Shown: piece by piece, positions 25,795-38,400 of the stretch
Layout: every line of letters begins with the position of its first letter
How positions within the stretch are numbered: position 1 is the stretch's first letter
Assembly: GCA_002633005.1 (NCBI GenBank)
Contig: NMRA01000021.1
Coordinates: 390,354-454,353, forward strand
Source of the DNA: Phoronis australis
Lineage: Eukaryota > Animalia > Phoronida
Length of the DNA: 64,000 bases
Direction of reading: 5' to 3'
The notes under the pieces: model-generated
Databases searched by the model: none
The model's input: only the letters and a program-made list of their open reading frames with translations
Told to the model about the DNA's origin: nothing
Position numbers and translations under genes: made by a program

Positions 25795-25840
25795 GAACGG
25801 TTTACAAACAAAAATGGCGGTTGACAGAGTCACGTGATCA
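25795..25840 (-). promoter_or_regulatory. putative TEDC1 proximal promoter/5'UTR elements (YY1-like site, E-box)
   Basis: aaaatggcgg (25811-25820, YY1 consensus) and gtcacgtgat (25829-25838, USF/TFE-type E-box) lie 60-90 bp upstream of the ATG in CpG-rich sequence. Confidence 0.5.
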
Positions 25841-25901
25841 AGACGACCTTCACCTTGATGTGGTCGGTTAGAAGCGCCGCTCACGGACGAGAGACTTTCC
25901 A

Positions 25902-26379
25902 NNNNNNNNNNNNNNNNNNNNNNNNNNNNNNNNNNNNNNNNNNNNNNNNNNNNNNNNNNNNNNNNNNNNNNNNNNNNNNNNNNNNNNNNNNNNNNNNNNN
26001 NNNNNNNNNNNNNNNNNNNNNNNNNNNNNNNNNNNNNNNNNNNNNNNNNNNNNNNNNNNNNNNNNNNNNNNNNNNNNNNNNNNNNNNNNNNNNNNNNNNN
26101 NNNNNNNNNNNNNNNNNNNNNNNNNNNNNNNNNNNNNNNNNNNNNNNNNNNNNNNNNNNNNNNNNNNNNNNNNNNNNNNNNNNNNNNNNNNNNNNNNNNN
26201 NNNNNNNNNNNNNNNNNNNNNNNNNNNNNNNNNNNNNNNNNNNNNNNNNNNNNNNNNNNNNNNNNNNNNNNNNNNNNNNNNNNNNNNNNNNNNNNNNNNN
26301 NNNNNNNNNNNNNNNNNNNNNNNNNNNNNNNNNNNNNNNNNNNNNNNNNNNNNNNNNNNNNNNNNNNNNNNNNNNNNNN
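25902..26379. other. assembly gap (478 N)
   Basis: Run of n. Confidence 1.
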
Positions 26380-29300
26380 TTGGGTGCGAATGTCTGACGG
26401 GCAAAATCCTGGCTAATACTTCGCCCTGCCCCCCCCCCCCTCCAGTAAAAGCTCAAGATTTATAGAAAAAAGTCGAAGTTTTGAGCTCAGACTCGAACTT
26501 ATAGTTGTAATGCTGTCATCATCAAGTGCAGACGAGGATTAGACAGACCGTGGTCATGGTGTGACTCGATCGTGCACGGCACCGGACCCGGCGGTAGTGT
26601 CAATTTCGCGGATTTCGGAGCACTGACGAGACAGCGGACCCGGCTGCCGTATCTCTCTCACAGAGCGCCTAGATGTTTGCTTCAACCTCGTCAGTGACGT
26701 CAGAGAATATGAATCCTGGAAACCAATTTGTATAAATATATAAAAAGCATGCTATCTTCTTTAGAGCCCGATCCCGCGGTATGACGGCAATATTCGACTA
26801 AGTGATCTGTTAGATTGTCCTGGCGTTCATATACCCTGAATCTCATGACGATTATATTTTTCTCTTTCTTCTCACCGTCCAGTGCGTTACTTTATTGTTC
26901 TCCTGTTTACGCAACAATTTGAAACGAACTCGCTTACTCGAAATTTCGACCTATGGGGCATTTTTCATGAAATCTGATCTTACGCTCCAAACATCTATTT
27001 CAGAAAAATAATTAAATTTTTCTTAAACAAAATATGCAGTAAAGCCTCTGCGATTGTGCATTTAACTGCAAGTTTACAGAGATAATTTCAATAAATTATT
27101 TCTAGAGGTATGATGCGTTCATAATTAGTTGGTTAGCCAAGGCCTTTATTCAGCAATTGTACGGTAGGAACGTCATACACGGCCGCAAATTCCTGTCTTG
27201 AGTGTTAAGTCACAGTCGTGAAACAGGCCACAGAAGTAAACAAGACTTATTTACATTCTTACGTGCCCTTTTTCTTAATTGCGAATGCCTCACCGCGTTA
27301 GAGACAACGGTCGGTCATAGTTTTTGAGATGAAAAACTTCTAGAGTAACCATGCCCATTTCCTCAAATAATGTGCGCTACAGACAGGATTGGTATAACCT
27401 CGTGCCAAGATAGGCGCCGATTGTCTACAGAGTACAATCGTGGCTAAAGCACTACCTTCCTGAATGAAAATCACTTTGAAAATTGAGGTTTTAAAACCGA
27501 GCTCAGAAACACTCCATAAATTCCCTGGTGTCAGAAAATAGCAGTGCTGTAATGGTAAAATTAGAGGTAAGTAGGCGCCCAAAGCCCACCGTATTACCTT
27601 GAGCACTGAACATAACTTACGGTGCATAGGCGCTACTTTCAAATCCCAAAAGGTGGTTGCCTGCGCCTACGTGCGCCTACGCCCCACTACAGCTCTGGAA
27701 AATAGTAGATTCTTCTGAAATTCTAGGAGCGGACGTCCATCAAAATACTGAAAAGCAATTGGTGTCTTATATTTTTAATATGTCTCGACTTTACTCAAAG
27801 TTTCTATAAAAATCAAACTTGTTGATTTAAGTAAACTGTTTTCATTGAAATATGATATGAACTAATGAAGCATCCGCTGTTTGAGCTGTCAACGTTGAAT
27901 TCTTAATCGAAGCCTCTCATATGATCTTGAATTGTTGCTAAATAAGCCGGCAGCTCCCATCACATGCAATGCGTACATGCGCTGAATTTGCAATGTTAAA
28001 ATTTACCATTTACACCCCTGCTCTGAGGAAGTCCAGCCGTCGTGTTTTGATCACCGGCCAACTGGTTAGAGCACTGGCCATCGTGTTATGGGTCCAGCCA
28101 ACTAGTTTTTTTGGGTGGACGCCATCGGGTTTTGAAGTCCGAATAAGAACGTTTGATCACCGACCACTTGGTTTTACAACCCGCCCAATTGTTGATTCCC
28201 ACCCAGTTCAAATAGTCCTAATTGGTTTTTACTGGTACATTGATAATTCTTAAGTTAAGTGCCAAATATATAACTTCAAATATTGAGTAATTTCTTGGAA
28301 AATCATCAGTACCGACCATTTTCAAGTCTCTCTGTACTTATTTGTTTGCAAGTAATGAAAAAAAAAACACCTGAGATAGCAATGCTTTGCCAGAAGAAGC
28401 CATAAAATGCTTCAAACGCCAGGTGATCAGCAGTTAACACTCCGAGCAGCATTATCTTCGAAAAACATTGTTCTGAGATGGAACCTCGTTATTTTCATAC
28501 GGCGAATTAGCGCTGGTTCTCGTTACGCATGTCAATGAAAGACGTAGGCCGAAGGGAGTTCTCTCTGTTTGTTACTTTAGAGGATACAGCCGCCATATCG
28601 CTTGCTTGGTTTATTCCAGGTTGAAATTGGAGTTTGAAGCAAAAGCAAGAACTTTGACAAAACGACGATCACGTGATTCAGTAGCAGATCTACGTTTTCA
28701 GTAAGCGGGGGTCAGGATTCGCGCGAACCCGAGACGTGTATCACCGAGTGGGGGAGGTCGGCAGCTGGTGTCCCCCATCCCGTGTATGTTCGTTTTGGTT
28801 CTTGTAGCTGATGTCGTTTTCCTAGTGACGTTTTTTTAATTTTTATTTTCGATCATGTCCCGGGGGGGTGTTAAACCCCTGAACAACCCTCGTAGATCCG
28901 TCTCTGTGATTGCAAACAAGTACCAATAAGAATTGTAATGGAGTGTATACAACATATGTAATCTGTGGATCAAACCAGGAAGTCATTACATCGGTAACGC
29001 CTTCCTGGCCAAATTAATGTTGCAATCCCACTTCATATTCTATCACCGATGCTGAACCGAAACTTGACTTCCAACTACTTAATCTCCTTACATATTGTGG
29101 TAGCTTATACTGTGTACACCATAACCCTTGTTTACATAATAAATTGTCACTTCAACCGGTTAAAATGAAGACTTGGAAATTTTTCCCTTTTTGTCTTGGG
29201 TCATTCCAAGTGATGTATCCTTCTACAAATAAATAGACTTATGCGATAGAAATGTTTAAATTTAACTGCAAGCAAATTTTTGCATGAATAAAGGNCGGGG

Positions 29301-29849
29301 GGGGGGGGGGGGGGTAGACTCAGTAGCCAAGTCCATATGCTGTCACAGCACAGCATTCCAGGTGATACCTTGTATAACTAATTTCAAATCAAATCAAAGG
29401 ATAAGAATGCCTTGACATTGCAAATATACCTGCGACAGTTTTTGATGACAGATTATGGTTTATAGCAGATTCAAAATACTTTTGACCCTGATGCAAACAG
29501 GTGGACAGACACTTGACAGTTTTCAGGGATCTACCACCACAAAAACTATGACAATGTATATAGTATTCACCATTATTTTGGTTATAAGATCATGGGTTAT
29601 GGGGTTTTATGTGAACCACACGAATGTAGCATGTACCATGTATAGCAGCCTGTTGTCTTGAGTTATTCACCCCAAGCTTTCAATTCTCATGAGGGTGTTT
29701 CTGCAATATAACTCAATGTTATTTCATTTAGTACACTATGCCAGATCCCAAACAAATCTTACAGACTGAGTTTCTATAACAAATTCATTCGCGAACTGAC
29801 ACTCTCATCAGCAATTTCCACCATCAAATAATGAAGTAAAATAAGAATA

Positions 29850-32398
29850 GTTTTCAACAGATTTATATTCAAGTATAAAGAACAATAAAGTCCAGATAAA
29901 AATTCATTAGCTACTGTCTACACGTATCTTTTCTATATCTTAAAACCAAAGTGTACCCTGACCAGACTTTAGCACATCCATGGTGGTCAACAGTACAACT
30001 TATCACAAGAGTATTCAGCATGCCAACAGATGGTGCTGGAGTCGCTCCACTGAACACCACAGATGATCAAGTCTTTGACAGTTTGCATTCAAATCCGTTA
30101 TTATGCACCTTCGCAACTGAACTCCAAACACAAACTTGCTAATTCCTTTTTATCTGACGAAACATGACACTAACGCCCCCTTGCGCTGTTTGAGCATCAG
30201 ACAATTGCACATCAAGGGCTTCAAATTTGTTAAACTGGCAAGAAAATAAAATATTTTGATCGCCGCAATTATAACACGAAGGCATGCAACAGACAGTCTT
30301 AATAAAACTAACAATTTACATCAATAATTAACTAACTCATACACCAGAACAAAAAACCTAAACCATAAAACTTGGCCAATTAACTAGTGAGACACCCCGC
30401 AATAGGCAACATATGTTTAGAAACACCATTCACTTCTATGTATGAAAATATTATGGCAACACTGAATTGGAATATCAGTTGAAACGGACAGCATACAGGA
30501 AGCAACTGTAAATTTGTGAAGATACACGCAAAAGAAACTAAAACCAAAATTTACACAAAAAAGATCTGATGCAGCATTTTCACTTTGAAATGGCATTAGA
30601 ATGACAAAACCTTATCATAGCATTTGGGAGCATTTGAAAAAGGAATCATGGAAAGCAAAAACCAGTCTTTTGATTTGACAAACGCATGAGCATGAATAGT
30701 TAGAAATGTATGCCCTACCAGTTCAAAAGCCTTTGTAAGATCCATAAACAGAGTTCAGCTTCTGGTGCACTTCTCAACAATAAATACAGTCACATTTCTA
30801 CAGAAAACTTCAATATGAGAATACTGAACAAAAATGATTATCAAAACAGTATTGGCTAGAAATATAAATTAAACATCAAAAGCAGTTCTCTCGTATCTCT
30901 TGCTGACTAATTTTACCCCATGATTGTCTGAAAGAACACTGTTCCATAGACAGAACCAAAAGTGGTCCGCTAACACGATTCAGAAAGTATACAGAAAGTA
31001 TAGAATTTCATAGACATAATATCTTAGGACACTTAAAACAGAAAAAAGTCACACATTAAATACAAGCAAATACCTACAGCAAGTTTAAATGGAGGTAATT
31101 TAAAACGCATCCGCTACTTCATAATACCATTATGCAAATATATACAAAAATAAGTACATGACTGAGGGGCAAAAACGACTTATTCTGGGTTTATCAACCA
31201 GTGGCTTGCACTGTTCACATGCTTCAAGTGGCTTCCACTGTTCACACGCTACAAGGTTTCCCCGCAATTTCCAGACAATGATGAATTGACCTTATGAACA
31301 ACTTTGGCAATATTAACCAATTTCCAGTTCTCTATAAAATTCAAAACTTGGTAATGCAATTACCAGCAGTGCTTGCTGCATAAAAGTCTTCTAAAAGCAT
31401 CCAGAATAATTGTTCACAAAACCCACGAGCTACAAGCATAAGCAGTACGTTCAACACATCCAACTAAGCTTTGAAGGCTACATTTACATAAATACGAGAT
31501 ATTTTGATTAGGTGGGACACATACTGCTGTGCACTAGTTAAAAGTGAAATATATCACATTTTTGGTTTCGTATCACAAATGTCTAGAATGTATGCCAGTT
31601 TGGCAAATACACAGATTGCTTGAAAATATACCTAAACATATCGTAGAAAACACAAAATGATTTCTAATAGGTGAATATCACTTCCACTATCGCAATGCAG
31701 TAACAAAACTGATTATTTTGGCAAAAAAGCTAGAGTAAAAAAACCTGCAGATGGCACAAGTTGTCCATCAATATGGCTAACAGCACAGTCACTATTTACA
31801 GATGGTGCAAGCCATCACAGTTGAAGGTCCTAGCCAACCATAGTCCGAACTAGCTCACAAATCATTTTCAATATGTCTTGCAAGCAGCAGCTGCAGAAGA
31901 AGAATCCTGCACTATTCAAGTCTACAAAGGTACCAAGGACCACAACAACAATACAAATAATAATAATAATAACAACAACAATTACTGTACTACCAGCGGT
32001 TTTCAACAAATACCTATGTCCACCATTTTATTCCCGTCATTGGGTGATTGGCGATATGTATCTCAATTTGGACGGAAAATCCGACGTTGATCAAGCGATA
32101 ATCATTCACTGATGACTCTATATACACAACAGAACACAGAAACAATCTGGACCCCGCAACTATAACAACCATCGTAAGTAAATGATCTTTGTTTACATGT
32201 TCTATAAATATACCTACGTCTACATGCAGATCCTATGTGGTCGACCACTGCTGTGTCCGGCCTTCATACAAACAAAATAATTTGCAGACAATAATTTACG
32301 CCTCATTTAGGAAATGTTCGTAAGTGCATGCTGTATTTATTGCTTTAAATATCTGCTGCTACATAGATGAATAATTCAACATGGCAGCTAGCTGGTCT
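29850..32398 (-). other. putative long 3'UTR of the cpo/RBPMS-family gene
   Basis: U-rich (on the minus strand) non-coding tract without obvious transposons after the stop at 32399. The variant poly(A) signal TATAAA (+ strand tttata ~29862) is the best end candidate; the end is approximate. Confidence 0.45.
31955..31981. repeat. (AAT)n(AAC)n microsatellite
   Basis: aataataataataataacaacaacaa. Confidence 0.75.
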
Positions 32399-32467
32399 CT
32401 ATGACTGCGCTAACGCAGTCTGCACTTGGGCCGGTGAAAGTCCTGATGATGAATCCTCTTTCTTTAC
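32399..32467 (-). CDS. cpo: candidate distal last coding exon ([22 protein letters not shown])
   Basis: ttgtttcag acceptor, phase 0, 69 nt to TAG, followed by the long UTR-like tract. Confidence 0.65.
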   Translation of the reverse strand, partial: VKKEDSSSGLSPAQVQTALAQS

Positions 32468-35400
32468 CTGAAACAATTGTCAACAAACTTCAGTAAGATT
32501 GCAATAATCATTAATCCACTACAAAAGATTTAAAACAACGTAATAACATACTATTACATGCGTAAAAGTCTCCCTTTTTATTAAGAAACGAAAACACCAG
32601 TGTCTTTTGATCATGTCCAAGGACAGATACAAATTACAGATTAAATTAAAATTTTACGATTTGCAGCTTCATTCAGTTTCTGTCATAGTACAGACATATT
32701 TTGTTTTCATCAGATTGACCAGAAACAAAGTATCCAAGGCAATCAGTATTTATTTCAAAGTGAGTAAGACACAGGCACTAGTTAATAAATAAAACTGCAA
32801 ACAACCACTCTTGATAGGCAAACAAATTGAGCTGAATAAAAGAAATAAAAGAGAGGAAAAAGAACACAAAGAAATATGAAAAGACTGGGATCATCTTGGG
32901 TTAAATATGGAATTACAGTTGGAATTGGAAATCGTGCATCCTGAAAGTGACACGTGCAATCACTTTGTCACCGGGGTAACGGTTCTGTACAACGTCCAAA
33001 TTTGCTCATTCGCGCAAACCTGTGGTAGCGAGTAAACACAAATTTGGACGCTTCCCAGTTAAAAAGCCATAAATTAATGCTGGGTGGGGATGGAAGAAAC
33101 ATGCTTGAGAGCCTGGTAAGGTGGGTCTACTAGGGAACTCCTTTTGGGAAATAATTTTGAGAACAAATTAAGAGTTGATGATACATTTCAACAAAAATCA
33201 CCACAATGGGTGAGAACGGTGTGTGAAAGACAGAGAGGTGACTAAGCTACGTGGACTGAATGAAAACGATATGTACTGTGTGTGTATTTTGGCAGGTCGT
33301 CTCGAGCCATTCCTATCCTAGGCTTGGAAATAGGGTACAAGGACCGGTGTTTGCATGGTAGCCAAGTGCCCGTTGGCAGCGGTGGTGGTGGCGACCTGAG
33401 AGAATTCGATGGGGAGCTGAAATATAAAGAGATGGGACGTATTGAGCCAGAAACGGCGCACAGCGTGGGGTACATGCGTGACAGTGATGGCGACGGTGGT
33501 AGCCGTGTTGGTGGAGGTGGCATAGAGACAGTTGTGTTGAGTGCGCACGAGTGTGATATGTGCATGTGAGGTTGCTCCTGGCCAGATAGATTCTTCAAGG
33601 ATAAAAGTGATCAAAAACTTATGATGTCAGATTGGGGTTGGTGTGTGGGCATGGTGGGACGTTGACAAAGAAAGTTAAAGAAATTTTCAGGAAAATTTGA
33701 CTGACTGGATTGCACAGTAACTGTGGAAAGGCGTTCACGATCAAATGGTCTTTGTCCAAAACAAGTGACAAGTCCTGAAATGTGGCAACAATAGTATGCT
33801 TCTAGGGGTGTTTATTAAGTTCCAAGCAGTACAACTAGATCACTTTGGTTACTACCATGTCAAAATTGAAAATGAACTGGCATAATTTTTATCAGGTTAA
33901 GTTCATCAAGCTTTGCGTAAATTTATCTTAAAAAATCCGTCAAACCTCCTTAACAAAACACAAGACCTGGAATACTGACCAAGTACCTCCAAAATGGACC
34001 AATGCCACTGTATGCTCGCCATTTACCTCTATATGAAGTTTCGCCAAAATTTGGCAAGTTGTTTCACTAAGAATAGAATTTCATGTTGAAAGCTTAAAAA
34101 CCTGAGCTATTAACAGGGAGTGCCATGGTGGTCAAATCCAGAAGAAAAATCAACAGGCACCAGTGCATACCACCAATTCAACTGGTTTTAGAGATTATCA
34201 AAAAAACAAGCAAAACTAACGAGAGGCGGATGGACCACCGACAGATGACAGGACGGGATGCTGACTATGTGCGGCCACATGTGTTTTGTGGTCCCATAAA
34301 AAAGCAGAGCATTGCTTTCTTTGCCAGTTAAGTTTGGAGGATTTACACTTCTATTTCAGGATATAAATAAATCCAAGAAAAACAATAATTTTAGATCTAG
34401 TTCTGACTTATAGATGGCATTGTAATAAAGATAAAATGAAGGTGGATGCAACAGAGTGTTACGGTATGTCTGAAATTACGAAAGTGAAGTAAAATTTGTG
34501 AAAAGTGTTGAGCAATTACAAACTGAAGAAATGTGGGTTAGTTTTTTTTTATTTCCATGAGAGATTGCTTGTTTTTCGTAAAATGCAGTCCATTTTAGCA
34601 GAAAAAGTGAAATGGATAGGGAGTCGAATACAAACAATGCTGAAAATGAGAACCAACAGCTGAAGTGAGTGATGAACAGGTGAGGGGAAGAAACATGGTG
34701 AAAGTGCAGTCAGTTCCACAAAGTGCAGACCAAGGGTTAATCACAGTAGAACACCGGGGGTGAAATCATCAATTTAAAACACAGCCATAAGCATCAATTC
34801 CATACAGCACACAGAAACACCGCAATCAAGATTTTCAAAGAGCTGCGCACAGTGTTTGTTGCTGTCAATTTACAGAGATGTCAAGATCTATGGGCCAGTT
34901 CACGACCAGCAACCTTATTACCGAGTCATGAAAAGGTACATGGGTCTAATGACACCAGTTGTTCAAACAACTTGACCAAGCAAATCTACAAATGGCAAGT
35001 TAGGGTGATATCTAACTGTAGTCGACTTGCCAACGTCAAGATGACAACCTCTTTCACATACTGTCATTGTAATAATAATAATAATAATAATAATCTTCAA
35101 ACAGAAACCTTAACACGATTGCAAACAACAGAATGAGTTCAACAATTCAATACTGACACTGTTCGCAGCTATAGGATGATCAGTCGATATGAAACTTTCT
35201 TCTGGTTTCATCAATGGTAATGCATTTATGACAAAATCTCATTGATTTCGCGCAAAAATAATAGCCAGACTGGTCCAATTATTGTTTTGTCAAGGGGTTC
35301 TAACATTGCTATAAATGCCCACATTTTTTCAAAGTATAGTCTCATGGTAGCAGCTATGACACAGGACAAGATGGTCAACTTTTTTGCTACAAACATTTTA

Positions 35401-38400
35401 CGATAAAACGAGAAAGGAATTCCACGTGTCTCCACATTGCACTCTGAAGTAATGAGATTTGACCAAAATACATTCACAGCGACGCGAGTTCATACCGAAC
35501 AACCATTTTTTAAGAATTCTTTAACATTCGGGGATAACAGTAAATTACGGTAAAAATTCCTCAACTCTAGACAATGAAGAATTAAAAGCCATGTCTACAA
35601 CTTGCACACAAAAGTCTCATTTTGTCAGGAAATTATGGAAATGATTTAAGTTTTCCTAAATCAATAAATTTGCCTTTCATTAACAAGTTACAAAGTCTCA
35701 AAGTACGGAGACCATTCTAAATTAAAGATTTTTTACCGTAGACTTGGAGGGGTTTCACACAACACCACTACCATCACCACCGCCACAACACACAGCAACT
35801 CACCTCCCCCATCTTGTTCTTAGCATACTCTATACGAATGCCACCGCCCCGGTCGGATGAGACCAGCTGCGCCCCCTGTAGTCTGGTCATGGCTTCCATT
35901 GCTTGCCTAACATCCTGTTGACGAGCACAGAACAGCAAAATGTGAAACGTAACAGTTGGATTTAAAAGAAAACCCAAATACAAATATCCGATTAATCTGG
36001 ACAATTTGACAACTGGATTTATAACAACATGATATGTAATCTAAATACATATAAAGAACAAGTGAGTCCAAACACTAGCAACTTTTCCATACATGTTGTG
36101 ATCATGCTAAAAACGTCTAAAATGAAACGTACAAATGCATGTCGCAAACGACTCCCGATTTCAGAGTAAAAAGCTTTACCCCTTCTATTAAAACAACTGG
36201 CTTTATAATTTGTTTTCTTACGAGTCAGCCACCAGAATACGCATACTCAGCGACACCCAGCTGGTTAAGTCTGCATATATTGATTGCACCATCTCTTAAG
36301 AAAGTTAAGTCTGCATATATTGCACCATCTCTTAAGAAAGTTAAGTCTGCATATATTGCACCATCTCTTAAGAAAGTTAAGTCTGCATATATTGCACCAT
36401 CTCTTAAGAAAGTTCGGCCGTTTGAAATTTAGATCCTTCAGCGCAGGTAGTGGAATGGACATCAAACATTTTATTCTTTCATCACCGCCATACTTTCATT
36501 ACAAATTAAAGCAACATATTCTGCCTAAAATTAACTGACGACAAATTCATTTTGCCATCAGGTTTGATACTTCTTACACTCATTAACGGCTTTACACGTC
36601 TATGCTTCAGCCATTTCTGGAAAATCCTGCCTTTACCAAGCTAATGACAGAAAAGATTTTTTTTCTCAACAGTAGAAAATTCACCCCCCTTTCTTACAAT
36701 ACAGTACAAGTCACAAGTATTCTGACAAAATGACCTAGAATTCCTCAACATGACGGCTCCGCAGAAGCTGAATTCCTCGTCAGAGTTGTCTCCCTTGATG
36801 ACAGAGAATGAAGGGGAGTGAGTGAAGTACAGTGAGTAAGCTGGCTAAGCCATTTTGTCATCACAACTTTACCGCCCTTATAGTTATCACCAGTCAGTTT
36901 TGCTGTAGCCATCATGGCAGGGAAAATGGTATTTTGTCTGATTACTTTTGTCTTGGTTCTGTAAATATTTCAGTTAGTGAAAGCTTGGCCCCGCCTATTG
37001 GTTGCACACAACATCGACGAACTAGTGCACATTATCCACGTGATGTGAATCAAGAAGGTTTTTAAATGCATGGAGCAGTGATCACCAACTTGGCGGAAAA
37101 TTTAGGAACCTACTCATGTTCGATGCAACAACGCTGTCCATTCACAGCCTCTTGGTTTTGCCATGTTATTAAAGACAACAAAATTTGAGCTAAGTTTAAG
37201 AAGGCCATTTGACTGTAAAATTTTGCCAGGTAATAAAAAATTGGTTGCAGGCCGTAGTTTGGATACCCCTGCCCTATGGGTAACAAGAAAATGATTCGAT
37301 AAGCAGTTTGTATCATATTCAGTGGCAGTTATCAACATGGAATAATGTAACGGTAGATGCACGTGTCCATCAAACAAATATCAAGATAATTTTCTCGCTT
37401 TGAGAAACAGCATAATAGAATTGTTGTACTCCAAGCCCCATGGCTAAAACTTAGTCTCAAACTCCCTAACTTCCCTATCCACCCTACCTGGTATTCCACA
37501 AACGCTACTGGTGAGCCACCCTTATTGTGCATGCGTATCCGGCTGAAACCACTGATGTTTGCAAAGAGGTCCCGTAACTCCGCCTCTGAGGCAAACTGGC
37601 CAAGGTTAGCGATGAATAGCGTGGAACAAGGTGAGTTGGCGGCGGCGGTAGCCGACAGCGCCGTCCCATTGGCGACGGCGGGACTGAGTACAGGGCTTGT
37701 GGCCAGGTGGGGGTGGGGAATGGCGGCGGGTGTGGTGGCGAACGGGTGAGCTGCCATCAATTGGGTGTGCACCTGCAATGCATTCGCATACTATTGTGAC
37801 TAAGATAAGTGCTGTTAAGGACAGAGGCAACCAACAAGTACTGACACAGAACAGGCACTATAAAGTGTAGAATGTCATGGCTTAAAGAAAAAAACCCAAG
37901 CATTTATCAAAAGACATAATGAACTTGAACACAACTGATGTGTCTGCATTAACATTCATAACATGAAACGCCAGCAACAAACGGTGGGACACACCATTAG
38001 CCAGCCTCATATTCATCCATACATCAATCTTGCCTCTTGCCAAAAATAGACTTCTTTGATGCGATAACCAAGACACCTAAATATCTGATCTTTTACATGC
38101 ACAATTCCAATAAAAATAAGTTTACGCACTTATGTGAAGACATGCAGAACATATCTTTATACTCACAGATGCTGGTATCTGTGCCAGTGCTGGGTGCTGG
38201 ATGAGCGCTGCGTGGTGCGGGTGGATGGCGGCAGCAGCTGGGATCTCTGTGTACGCTTGCGCCAGCTGGTGGTGAGCCCACTGTTCAGCACCTGGGAAAA
38301 AGGCGGCAGCACCGAGATCTTCTACAATTCAGAGAACACGCACTCGTCACACGGTGTGTGTGTTAGTCACGTGACAGGGTTGTTAGACTCCACAGAGCAC

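Noticed and set aside
25834-26456. Long ORFs of 178-191 aa
   Set aside because: Artefacts of translating the N gap.
36264-36414. 36-bp repeats as a CRISPR array, or the repetitive ORFs 36139-36538 as genes
   Set aside because: The units are head-to-tail with no unique spacers, there are no cas genes, and the context is a eukaryotic intron. The ORFs arise because the unit length is a multiple of 3.
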